Positions 9,563 through 19,801 of a stretch of DNA of 64,000 nt are shown here, piece after piece. This DNA comes from a virus (Duplodnaviria; Heunggongvirae; Uroviricota; Caudoviricetes), in the IMG/VR virus record IMGVR_UViG_3300031867_000007, positions 1 through 64,000 of that record; one strand, 5' to 3'. The position numbers were made by a program, and so were the translations under genes. Under the pieces are notes generated by a model. The model did not search any database. It saw only the letters and a list, made by a program, of their open reading frames with translations, and was not told the origin of the DNA. Every line of letters starts with the position of its first letter. Position 1 is the stretch's first letter.

Positions 9563-10354
9563 ATGGATAATATATTTTTTAGTGTTATTATGCCTAATTA
9601 TAATAATGAAAAATATTTAGATAAAAGTATAAATTCAATATTAAAACAAGATTTTAAAAATTTTGAATTTATTTTTATAGATGATTTATCAACAGACAAT
9701 AGCGTGGAAAAAGCAAAAGAAATATGTAAAAATTATTCTAATACACATATTATAATTCCAAATCATAAGGTTTGAAATGGAGGAGGAAGAAATATTGGTG
9801 CGGCAGCCGCGAAAGGTCAGTATCTTATTTTTTTAGATTCAGATGATTGATTTGCAGATACACATTTCTTTTCAGTATTATATAATCACATTATTAATAA
9901 TAGCTATCCAGATTTAATTAGACTAACTTTTGATTTATTGACAAATACAAATGAAATATTACATATTCCGCTACAAGAAAAAACTATTAAAGAATTGGTG
10001 GATAGTTGTTTTGTAGCTTGCTGAACAAAGGTTTTAAAAAAAGAAAAATTTGTTCCATTTCCTGAAAATACTTTAATGGAAGATGTTGTTCAACATATAG
10101 CTATTTGTGATACAATATCTAATTTTACAATTTTAGATGATATTATTTCAGTAATTTATAATAAACAAAATGTTAATAGTTGTTCAGCTCAAGAGAACGA
10201 GCATTTGCAAAATGGAAAATGAAAATCTAGTATGTTTAGGTATTATGCAGATTTATATGATTTGCAATTAACTCATGACTATTGTGAAGACCATCGCCAA
10301 AGAAGATTAAGAGATGCAAAAGCAAATATAGATGCAGGATTAGCTATACAATAG
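9563..10354 (+). CDS. Family 2 glycosyltransferase
   Basis: Carries the motifs FSVIMPNYNNEKYL, FIFIDDLSTD and the DxD motif FLDSDD. Four TGA codons are read as Trp. AAGGAG RBS and ATG at 9563. Confidence 0.75.
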
Positions 10355-10363
10355 GAGATAAAT

Positions 10364-11470
10364 ATGGAAGAAGAATATTATACAAATATATTTTATTTTG
10401 ATAGAATAAATAAAATTGGCGGGGTTGAGACATTTTTTTATGAAATAGCAAAAAAATATTGCGATAATGATATTACAGTACTTTATTCTTATGGAGATAT
10501 GAATCAAATAAGAAGATTAAAAAAATTAATTAGGGTAAAAAAATATACTGGACAAATAATTAAATGTAAAAATGCTTTTTTTAATTATAGTCTAAAACCA
10601 ATAGATAATATACACGCAGAAAAATATTATGAAATTATTCATGCTAATTATGAACAAATACATATGAAACCTAATGTACATTCTAAAATTGATGAATATA
10701 TTGGAGTCAGTCAAGATGTTTGCGATGCTTTTACAAGAATTACTAATTTACCTTGTACATTATGTTATAATCCTATAACAATAGAAAAACCTAAAAAAGT
10801 TTTATATCTTATTTCTGCAACAAGATTAACAAAAGAAAAAGGAAAAGAAAGAATATTAAAATTTGCAAAAGCTTTAGATGATGCGGGGATACCATATATT
10901 TGAACTATATTCACTAATGATACTAAAGCCATTCAGCATCCTAGAATTATATTTATGGAACCGCAATTAAACATAAGAGATTATATAGCTAAATCAGATT
11001 ACACAGTACAATTAAGCGATACAGAAGCGTATTGTTACACAATGATAGAAAGTTTAATGCTAAAAGTTCCAATTATAGTAACACCATGACCTGTATTAAA
11101 AGAATTAAATATTGATGAAAAATGTGGCTTTATACTACCTTTTGATATGAGCAATATTCCTGCAAAAGAAATATATGACAAACAATTTAATATAGAATAT
11201 GAGTCTCCTAAAGATATTTGAAACAAATTTATTTATCATACAAAATCTACTTATAAAGAAGAATGTGAAGCATTATATTTAGTCGAAGCCTTAGATACAT
11301 ATCAAAAGAAAAATTTTATAGATATAGAATTGGGCTTTAAACCAAGTCCTGGTTCTAGATGAATTGTAACAAAAGATAGATTAGATATGCTATTAGGAGA
11401 AAATGACACTCAGGAAAAATATGCAAAACTTATTAAAAAATTAGATAAAAATGAAGCAGAGGTGATTTAA
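10364..11470 (+). CDS. Family 1 (GT4-like) glycosyltransferase
   Basis: The C-terminal EX7E-like motif EAYCYTMIESLMLKVPIIVT is present. The frame continues through the TGA at 10901 to the TAA at 11468-11470. Confidence 0.65.
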
Positions 11471-12225
11471 TGAATATATTAAGCTTAGATTTATCAACGA
11501 AAAGTGAAAAACAAATAACTGATAAAAAACAACTAGATGAATATAAAAATAAATTTGTAGTTTATTTACTTATTTTTCCCAATAATAAAATATATTGTGG
11601 ATATTCTTCAAATATAAAAAAAAGATGAAGGAATGAAGAAGGGTATAAAAATCAGTTAGTTTATAGAGCTATTAAAAAATATAAATGGATAAATATTCAA
11701 AAATATATTTATAAAAGTTTTAATAATAAACTAGAAGCTTTACAACTTGAATATAATATAATTAAAAAATATAATTTACAAAATCAAAATATTGGCTATA
11801 ATATAGCAGACGGCGGCGGAGACCCTCCGCATGGTAAAAAACATTTAACTGAAAAAGGTCGACAACAGTTAATACAAAATGGAAAGAAATTAGCTCAAGA
11901 AACTTGATTAAATCCAATTAGAAAACAATACGCAATTCAAAGAATGAAAGAAGAAACGCATAAAAAACGTATGTTACTATCAAAAACAGAACTAAAAGAA
12001 AAATACGGAAAACATAATATAGGTAGAATTCCTTCAAATGCTAAACAAATATTACAAATAGATTTACAAACTAATAAAGTATTAAATGAATATCCTAGCG
12101 CAAGACAGGCCGCTTTAGCATTAGGACTGGATGCAACTGCAGGAAGTAATATTCAAAGAACTGCTCGAGGGATTGGCAAAAGTGCTTATGGATATACTTG
12201 GAGGTGAAAAAATGAATGTACTTAG
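11470..12225 (+). CDS. GIY-YIG homing endonuclease with a C-terminal NUMOD/IENR-type DNA-binding motif
   Basis: Carries a GIY-YIG core (VVYLLIFPNNKIYCGYSSNIKKRW) and a C-terminal NEYPSARQAALALGLDATAGSNIQRTARGIGKSAYGYTW segment. The first 12 codons copy the ruvC start. Confidence 0.7.
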
Positions 12226-12718
12226 TCTAGATCTTTCAACCCATTCTAGTGGTTGAGCGTATTTTGAAAAAGAAGTGCTTAAAGATCATGGTTGTATTAC
12301 TTCTGCTTCAACAGATTTAATTAAAAGAATATATAAAATGACAGATGGAATTGCAGAAATTCTGAATAAATATAATGTGGATAAAATAATAGTAGAAGAA
12401 GTAAGACCTGAAGGCGGATATGGAGTAGGGAATACAAAAACGCATCGAGCTTTAATGTGATTACAAGCGGCAACCGCTTTTCTAATACATGATAAATATT
12501 CCAATATAGAAATAGAATATATATATCCAAGCTCTTGACGTGCTACGCTAGGTATAAAAAATGGAAGAGGAATAAAAAGAGTTTCTCTCAAAGAACAAGA
12601 CATAGAATATGTAAAAGAAAAATATAATATTATAGTTAATGATGATGAAGCAGATGCAATATGCATAGGTTTATCACAATATAAAGAAAAAGATAATAAT
12701 GAAATAAATTGAGAATAA
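12212..12718 (+). CDS. ruvC: RuvC-like Holliday junction resolvase
   Basis: Catalytic-pattern residues are present (LDLST, IIVEEV, NDDEADAICIG). Three TGA codons are read as Trp. GGAGG RBS. Confidence 0.65.
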
Positions 12719-12721
12719 AAA

Positions 12722-12750
12722 AAGAGATGGTGTTATTAACCATCTCTTTA
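12722..12750. terminator. Bidirectional hairpin terminator at the convergence of the plus and minus blocks
   Basis: The stem agagatgg is paired with ccatctct. Confidence 0.45.
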
Positions 12751-13323
12751 TATTTCTGATACTGTTTTAACTTCGGTTAATTGTGGAAATCTAGTTGTAA
12801 TTCATCTCTTTGCATTATTATCGGCAACTATAATTCTACAATTATCAGGAATCCCATTAAACATACTTGTAGATGTAGTAACATTATTAAAATTAAAATT
12901 GCGTATGTCTAAATTTAATAGAGCTCTACAATTTGCAAACATATAACTCATATCCGTAACTTTGGATGTGTTAAAATTGCTTAAATCTAAGCTTTTAAGT
13001 TGATTACAAGAGTAAAACATATATTTCATACTTGTAACATTACTTGTATTAAAATTAGATACATTTAATTCTTGTAATCCATTACAATAATAAAACATCA
13101 TATCCATTATAGTTAATTTAGAAGTATCTAAAGATGTCAACTCTTCATTTAGTTCAGCCCCTTTATACTCTCTAAAAGATATAAATCTAGGAGCATATAA
13201 GGTAGAAATTGCATCTATTGCTTCACTCATATCTTCAGGTTTATATTTAGCAGTACCACCAATCTTATTACGAATACTATTTGCAATATTAGTTAAATAA
13301 TCTTTTGTTACTAATACTTTCAT
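12748..13323 (-). CDS. BspA-type leucine-rich repeat (DUF285-like) protein
   Basis: Repeats of MxxMFxxCxxLxxLDLSNFNTSxVT are visible. The frame reads through the TGA at 12802 to the TAA at 12748. Confidence 0.55.
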
Positions 13324-13853
13324 TAAAATTCCACCTCATCTCCATTAATAATACTATCAATTGCTGCATTAATCGCACTATTCATTTCACTAGTAGTAGG
13401 ATAATCTGATAAATCTACAGTTTGTGTTCCTAACTTTTCCCATTGTGTTGTATAAATATATTCATCATATAAATTACTTGTTTCACCACTATTATTAGGT
13501 ACTAAGTATACAGTAGTTGTACTTATATCAGAAACAGGTAATGTTTCTACAACAGCAATAGCAAACTTAGGGATAACACTAATCATATTATCTATTTCTT
13601 CTTTTGTATATCTGTCATCAATTTCTTCTCTTAATTCAGTATCATCATATTCAACTGAGTCTCCCTTTGGACCTTTTAATACGGGAGATGTATATATATT
13701 TCCATTTGTTAAAGTTATTATTAATTCATACTCCGCATTCATAGTGATTGATGCAACACCTACACCATCTTCACCTTTAGGACCTGTAACATGCAAGTTG
13801 TTAATAGTTAAACCTTTTATTTTATTTTGTGCTTTACCTACTATATCTGCCAT
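13323..13853 (-). CDS. Hypothetical protein with short collagen-like GPKGEDG/GPKGDS triplets
   Basis: GGAGG RBS and ATG at 13853. Confidence 0.5.
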   Translation of the reverse strand: MADIVGKAQNKIKGLTINNLHVTGPKGEDGVGVASITMNAEYELIITLTNGNIYTSPVLKGPKGDSVEYDDTELREEIDDRYTKEEIDNMISVIPKFAIAVVETLPVSDISTTTVYLVPNNSGETSNLYDEYIYTTQWEKLGTQTVDLSDYPTTSEMNSAINAAIDSIINGDEVEF

Positions 13854-14240
13854 TTAAGATTCCTCCTTTACACTTTCAGGATACAATTTAAAAATTTTTG
13901 GTCCATTATCATCAAAACCTAATAGCATTTGAGCAATAGATGAATCTGGGTTTAATTCTATATCATATCAATAATCAGTGATTTTATTTATTACAGTTCC
14001 TATTTTTGAATCAAAGCTAGTTATAGAAATAGTTACTTCCTCAGTATCTTCTTGTACTATTGTATCAACAGACATTACTACCATATTTTCTTTATTAACT
14101 TTTGTAACATTCAATCTCACTACATCCCCAGCTAAAAAAGTATATGGATTTCCTTCTGGAGTTAAAGCACCAAAAGTAATTGAACCAGATTGTCCTCTAG
14201 TTACTTTTAGAGTTGTACCATCTTCGTCTATATCAAACAT
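13854..14240 (-). CDS. Hypothetical protein
   Basis: GGAGG RBS and ATG at 14240. The frame reads through the TGA at 13968 to the TAA at 13854. Confidence 0.45.
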
Positions 14241-14317
14241 TATATCTAGCCTCCTTTAAAAACTTTCTAATATAAATAAAAAATATGAATAAAATATTTT
14301 TTATTTATGTCCAACAA

Positions 14318-14352
14318 AAAAAAGCTACAACTATAATTGTTGTAGCTTTTTA
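14318..14352 (-). terminator. Rho-independent terminator
   Basis: The hairpin aaagctacaac...gttgtagcttt has a T-run on the minus strand. Confidence 0.55.
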
Positions 14353-14645
14353 AACACTTTATTTGTTATATTAATTATCTCTTCTCCATATGTTGCTATG
14401 ATATCAGCAATTATCTCCTCCTGCTCAAGAGAAAGATAAACATTATAAGAAAACATTGCAGCATGTACTAATTCATGGCAAAGTACTTTCTTTAGCATAC
14501 TTCCTTCTAAATTTTCTGCAAGATATATGGTATTATTATTTCTATCACACATACCTAATGTAGGTGTGCCATCCTCATATCGTAATACTGTATCTAGAGG
14601 ATGGACAAATTTAATTTTCCATGATATTCCATTAATTGTAATCAT
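14331..14645 (-). CDS. Small HExxH protein (ImmA/IrrE-like metallopeptidase motif)
   Basis: Carries the motif KVLCHELVHAAMF. Confidence 0.45.
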   Translation of the reverse strand: MITINGISWKIKFVHPLDTVLRYEDGTPTLGMCDRNNNTIYLAENLEGSMLKKVLCHELVHAAMFSYNVYLSLEQEEIIADIIATYGEEIINITNKVFKKLQQL

Positions 14646-15238
14646 TATTTAACTTTTTCTGCTAAAGTCATTAATTTTTGAGAAAGAATTTGTTTTTCTT
14701 CTGGAGTTGCTTCATTAATCATTTCCATAACATCTCCACTTAATTCTTGCATATATTTTTCTAACTCTGCCATTTGCTTTTCTTTTCCTTCATGCATTTC
14801 TTTAGATTCCATATACATACGTCTTGAACTTCCGCTTCTTCCTTCGCGGTAATCTCTTAATTCTCTAGGGTATACATTATTATAGTCTCTCATTCCGCGG
14901 CTATATGCATCTCCATAGTAGTAAGGTTCTCATTCTCTCATTGGATAATAATATTTTCCGTCTGAGTATCCTCTTCCATTACCACGTGCGTTATTACCTC
15001 CAGAGTTATTTCCGTCTCCATTATAATACATAACAGGATAATACATCATTTCACGACTAGGTTCTTTTTCTTTTTCTTCCATTGCTTCAACTACTGTGCA
15101 ATAATAGATTGTTTCTTCTAAATCTTTTATCATATCAACTACTTCGCCTAGTTCTTCTGCATCTGCATTGTGTAAATCATTTAATTGTCCTTCTACACAA
15201 CTTATTAGTCTTTCTTTCATTGCTTTTAATCTTTCCAT
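14645..15238 (-). CDS. Tyr/Gly-rich low-complexity protein
   Basis: Track ORFs 14930-15238 and 14645-14893 are in one frame joined by the TGA at 14930. The protein contains the segment YYPVMYYNGDG...GKYYYPMREWEPYYYGDAY. Confidence 0.5.
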
Positions 15239-15239
15239 A

Positions 15240-15665
15240 CTATGCCACCCTTTCTACGATTAAATTAGCATTTTCTACTAATATATCGTCCTCACTTGTA
15301 TTTTCTACACTTATTTGGGTGCAGCATCCAGCAGGAACATCAATGTTAACATCTCTACTTACATTAAAAAATTCTTCTACTGCAGCAGGTGTTACAATCA
15401 TTCTTGTACTAGCAACAGGCTCACCATCAATTGCAATAGCAACTGAAATTGGTCCTACTGTTCCTCCAGTAGGAACTGCAATATTTGCTCCAAAAGATAC
15501 TCTAAATCTAGCACGAGGTTGGCAAGTGGTTAAGCCACGTAAAGTAACTAAACCACTTCCAGATCTATGCATTATGGAGCTATTGCCGCGAACTGCGACA
15601 TTAGTAAATAAAACTACTTGATTTGGCTCTACTGTTTGTTGAGCCACAGCTGTAAATTCCGCCAT
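15240..15665 (-). CDS. Hypothetical beta-rich protein
   Basis: It is 141 aa with a TAG stop. Confidence 0.4.
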   Translation of the reverse strand: MAEFTAVAQQTVEPNQVVLFTNVAVRGNSSIMHRSGSGLVTLRGLTTCQPRARFRVSFGANIAVPTGGTVGPISVAIAIDGEPVASTRMIVTPAAVEEFFNVSRDVNIDVPAGCCTQISVENTSEDDILVENANLIVERVA

Positions 15666-15695
15666 CTTTTTATTACCTCCATTAATTATTTTTGA

Positions 15696-16574
15696 CTAGA
15701 AATTTCCGCATCCGCATCCATTATATCCAGTATTGCAGCAATATGGATTTGGTACTGTGTATGCTGGAATTGGACAAGGTCTTAATTGATCAACTAGATA
15801 AGTATTTTGTGCAGCTTGAGATGCAGCAAATTTTAATGCCTGATTTTCATCTCTTAAGTCAGCCATTTTATCGCTAGTTAATCTATCTAAGATTGCTCTT
15901 GTGTTTGCATTTTGACTATCAATTATATCTCTAGTTGAATCACAAATAGCTTGTCTTGTAGCACAATCAGATGTTGCGATATTATAATTTAAATCTGAGA
16001 AACCTCTTTCTACTTGGTATCTCATATCGCAGCAACAGCTACTTAATTGATTTCCTAATGCTGTAATTTGGCTTCCAATAGCATAAGTATTTTGCATACC
16101 ATTTACATTAACATCATTAATTCCTGATTGTAATTGATATCCAAGGTTATTTAAGTTAGTATTAATTCCATTACCTACACTATTAATTGTAGCATTTGTT
16201 GTAGCAAAATTATTACATAGTGTACCTTGTAAATCACATACTCCTTGTAAAATATTTGTGCTTAAATCATGATAATCACTGCTTAAGTCTTCTCTTGTGT
16301 TTCTCATAGTGTGTTGTAAATCAGAGAAACCTAACTCTTGATTTAAATCAGCTCTTGTTAAAGCGCCTTGCATTGCTGCACCATTAAATCCAGCTCCTCC
16401 ATTTCCACCAAAGAATCCACCATTTCCTCATCCACCAAAAGCGAATAAGAATAAAAGAATAACTCACCAACCATCTCCTCCTCAGCCATTTCCACCAAAA
16501 AGTCCTCCGTTGTGGTTATTTCCAGTTGCGGCAGCTATATCCGCTAAGCTGTAACCATTGTTTGAGCTAAACAT
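15696..16574 (-). CDS. Secreted-type protein with an N-terminal Gly/Trp/Phe-rich region and C-terminal CCC/CC/CGCG clusters
   Basis: The frame extends upstream of the track start through three TGA codons to the ATG at 16572-16574, which has an AGGAGAG RBS. Confidence 0.45.
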
Positions 16575-16606
16575 ATAAACTCTCCTTTCCTATAAAATAT
16601 ATATCT

Positions 16607-16858
16607 TTAAAGTTTAAAGGTATCCCTAAAAGCTTTAAATTCTTTATCATAATCCAATCCACGTTCTTTAGCAACATTACGAACAATACCTTCTATTTCA
16701 TCAGTTCTTCCTTCTTTAATTAAATTTGCTAAATTTTGCATAATTGGATTTCCTTGACTTGCAGCCTCATTAACCATATTAGTTACGATTGCTGATGGGT
16801 CTTGATTTTTAAAACTATTAATTATTTTAAATATATCTTGTTGATTTCTAATAAGCAT
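16607..16858 (-). CDS. Hypothetical protein
   Basis: AGGAAG RBS and a TAA stop. Confidence 0.45.
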   Translation of the reverse strand: MLIRNQQDIFKIINSFKNQDPSAIVTNMVNEAASQGNPIMQNLANLIKEGRTDEIEGIVRNVAKERGLDYDKEFKAFRDTFKL

Positions 16859-17264
16859 TTATTTTCACTTCCTTTGCGGCATCCGACGTAGCTTGGTTTT
16901 GAACCTGCTGTTGTGGAGTAGTATTCATTAATAAATCTAATTTTTGATTAAGAGCATTAATTTTTTCTAATAATTCATTTTTTGAAGAACTTTCTTTTGC
17001 TTCTCTTGTTTCTTCTGCTGGAACTAATTTATAAGTATTTATTTGAGTAGTTCCATTATTATTTCATGATTTTATATAAACTTCAGTTAAATCTCCTTTT
17101 GGAAAAACACCAAATCCTCCGAAAGGAACTTCATTTACTCTAACCATTTCTATACTATCTACTACTTTTCCCTGTAAAACTCCTATCATTTGCTGTTGAA
17201 TTTGTTGTTGAGGTTGATAGTTATAATTTGGATAATAACTATTATTATTTGGATAATAATTCAT
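16848..17264 (-). CDS. Hypothetical protein with a Tyr/Asn/Gln-rich N-terminus
   Basis: The frame reads through the TGA at 17064 to the TAG at 16848. Confidence 0.4.
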
Positions 17265-17322
17265 ATTTATATTTTATACTCCTTTCTTTTTTTTTCTTAC
17301 CCTTCCATTATTATATAAATTT

Positions 17323-17362
17323 TTATTAAAACTTGTTTATCAATTTTGACAAGTTTTAATAA
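17323..17362. repeat. 13-bp perfect inverted repeat (TTATTAAAACTTG / CAAGTTTTAATAA) with a 14-nt spacer
   Basis: It lies in the intergenic region upstream of the gene starting at 17264. Confidence 0.3.
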
Positions 17363-17479
17363 AAATTTAATAAATTTAGCAGGTAGTAATTTTATTTTAC
17401 AATTCTAATATAAAAATATTTTTAAAAAAGAAAAATGCTCAGAAAATAGAAATGAATCTAAATTCTGAGCATAAAAAAA

Positions 17480-17515
17480 GAGAGGATAACTTATTATTTA
17501 TAAGTTATCCTCTTC
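17480..17515 (-). terminator. Rho-independent terminator
   Basis: The stem agaggataactta is paired with taagttatcctct. Confidence 0.5.
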
Positions 17516-17791
17516 ATTAATAACAATAGTATAATCTATAATACTATTCTCATCTGTGTCTTGAGCAAAATATATTGAAGTAATTTCAGTATTTCCTATT
17601 TCATAAATACCGGTTTTACCAATTTCATATTCTTTGCCGTTTATATAAATATAATTTCTTACATCAGTTTGTATTCCAATATGATTAACATAATTAATTG
17701 GTTGAGCGGCAGCCGCAATTATTTTATCATAAAGTTCTTCATTTGCTTTAAAAGGTCCGATTAATTGACCTGTATAGCCATTAACACCCAT
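17498..17791 (-). CDS. Hypothetical tail-module protein sharing the INGxxxxIGxxGxYEI motif with the 19078 gene
   Basis: Its start overlaps the upstream stop as TAATG. Confidence 0.45.
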   Translation of the reverse strand: MGVNGYTGQLIGPFKANEELYDKIIAAAAQPINYVNHIGIQTDVRNYIYINGKEYEIGKTGIYEIGNTEITSIYFAQDTDENSIIDYTIVINEEDNL

Positions 17792-19065
17792 TAAATACTA
17801 CCTGGCTCCCCATCATCTTCAACAATTAATCAAGCACTATAAGGTGGCATTGTATTAGCAACTGAGGCTACTCCGCTATCATTTTCTTCTCCTGCAATAG
17901 CTCCAACTCCAGTACCATTTCCAATATAACCTAAATCCGCCCAATCATTTTTATTATCATAAGTGGCTGGATTAATTAAAGAATTTCTTTTTTCTGGATC
18001 AGCATAATAAACTAATAAATGGTATCTATTATCAATAGCAGTTGCTATGATATAATTTAATGGTTGACCAATTTCTTCAGTATCTCCATTAGCATATGTA
18101 ATAACTACCTTTTGAGTTCCTGTCCCTTCAATAGAACCCGTATTAATGCTAACGTTACTAGGAATTCTTAATTGATAAGTATCATTATCATCATGAGTAT
18201 ACTCAATAGTAATCATACCTGTGGCGGAAACTGTAATATTGCTAATTTTATTATAATCTCCTACATAATAGGTTTTCATATCACCATTTTCTTTTTCATC
18301 GTAATGGTAATAATCATATACTAATATCTGCCTATGATTAGCAATATCATCTGCTTGTCCTACATAACTTTGAACAGTATTATCTGCAACCATTACTCTA
18401 AAATTTTTAAAAGCATCTCCTTTAATACCTTCAGGAATTGAGATATTTCATTTTTCATAAAATGGGTGAGTACCATCATCTATTCTTGTTGCTTCTAATG
18501 TATCTGTATAATTTCCATTTTTGTATGGCTTAACTGAAGTTGTTATATAATCAATTACTGTATAAGGAAATTTAAATCCAATATGCGCAGTTGATTCATG
18601 TGAATTTAAATCTCTTACTGAACAATAAGCTCATTTAATCTCATCATTATATTTAATAATTCCAGAACCTGCTTCAATATATTTTCCTGGAACTAAATTT
18701 TCATCTGTTTTACTATAAGAGCCACTTCCACGTCTATATGTAAAATCTTCTCTTTCTTGGATTTGCTCTACTTCATCAATAGTATGCATTTCCGTATGAG
18801 GCGCCATTCCTGCTGGTCCAACTATTTGGCCTTCATACACAGCTCCTCCCATAGAGTTATTATATTCATAACCTCTACGATATATTTTACCATTATCTTT
18901 ATCATTTTTATTTTCAGTATCAATTAAAACATATTCATCATAATTGACAGTTTTATAATCTCCGCCTTGGCTAAAGGCAGCAATCATTTCCGCAATTGTT
19001 GAATATCTTTTGGCTATAACGAAGGAAGCACCTCTTCTTCCTCCATAAAAACTATTATATTCCAT
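17791..19065 (-). CDS. Putative baseplate/tail protein (424 aa)
   Basis: Track ORFs 18631-19065 and 17830-18393 plus their gap form one frame across TGA codons at 18631, 18448 and 17830. GGAGG RBS. Confidence 0.5.
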
Positions 19066-19077
19066 GTGCTATCCTCC

Positions 19078-19782
19078 TTAATATTGATAATCTAGAATAA
19101 AATATTTTTCATTAGCTTCAACTATAAAGCCAATAAAAGTTGTATTTATTCCATTGTTTATCTCATATAGTCCACTTCTACCAATTCTAATAGGTTCTCC
19201 ATTGATGCTCATTAATAATCCTGGAGGCCCCTGAACACCAATTTGTTTTAATGTACCTTTATTTTCGATAGAAGTATTTAAATAATTTATAACATTATAT
19301 ATTTCATCTAGTCTATCTATTGAAATATTCATTTCTCGTCCATAGGTTCCATCTGGTTTTAAAGTATTATAATCAATTAATTCTCTATTTAATTGAAAAT
19401 AGATTTGATTATAAGTGTGATTATCATTAGGGCTTAACACTAATTCAAATATATCATAATCAGTTGGATTTCCTGCTGGTATTTCAATATCTTCAATTTT
19501 TTGAACATTATCTATTATTTTTTCAGTATTAACAAGTCTTATAGTTATTTTTTGAACAGTATCTAGTTTATATATCTTAAATCTTATATAATAACTTCTT
19601 TGTTTTCCATCACTTGTTAATGCTTGTAATATATTATCTCCTTCTAAGTCAATACCTTTATCTATAAAAACTACACCTGTAGAAAGACTTGATTCAACTC
19701 TTAAATCATTAAGAGTATAGTCTAAAGGTGATAAATAATCAGAGTATTGACTCTTACGGAATTGTCCAAATTTGTAACTCAT
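19078..19782 (-). CDS. Putative baseplate/tail protein
   Basis: The ATG at 19780-19782 has an AAAGGAG RBS. Confidence 0.45.
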   Translation of the reverse strand: MSYKFGQFRKSQYSDYLSPLDYTLNDLRVESSLSTGVVFIDKGIDLEGDNILQALTSDGKQRSYYIRFKIYKLDTVQKITIRLVNTEKIIDNVQKIEDIEIPAGNPTDYDIFELVLSPNDNHTYNQIYFQLNRELIDYNTLKPDGTYGREMNISIDRLDEIYNVINYLNTSIENKGTLKQIGVQGPPGLLMSINGEPIRIGRSGLYEINNGINTTFIGFIVEANEKYFILDYQY

Positions 19783-19801
19783 TCTAAACACTCCTTTTTA
19801 T

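Noticed and set aside
12286-12666. Minus-strand ORFs overlapping ruvC
   Set aside because: They are antisense shadow ORFs within the RuvC-like gene. The plus-strand frame has the catalytic motifs and an RBS.
15082-15621. Plus-strand ORF of 179 aa (and similar antisense track ORFs at 4212-4394, 4629-4886, 27823-28062, 30647-31000, 38868-39206, 41636-41851 and 56092-56517)
   Set aside because: They are low-complexity, Leu/Ser/Ile-rich shadow frames lying fully inside better-supported genes on the opposite strand. They have no RBS.
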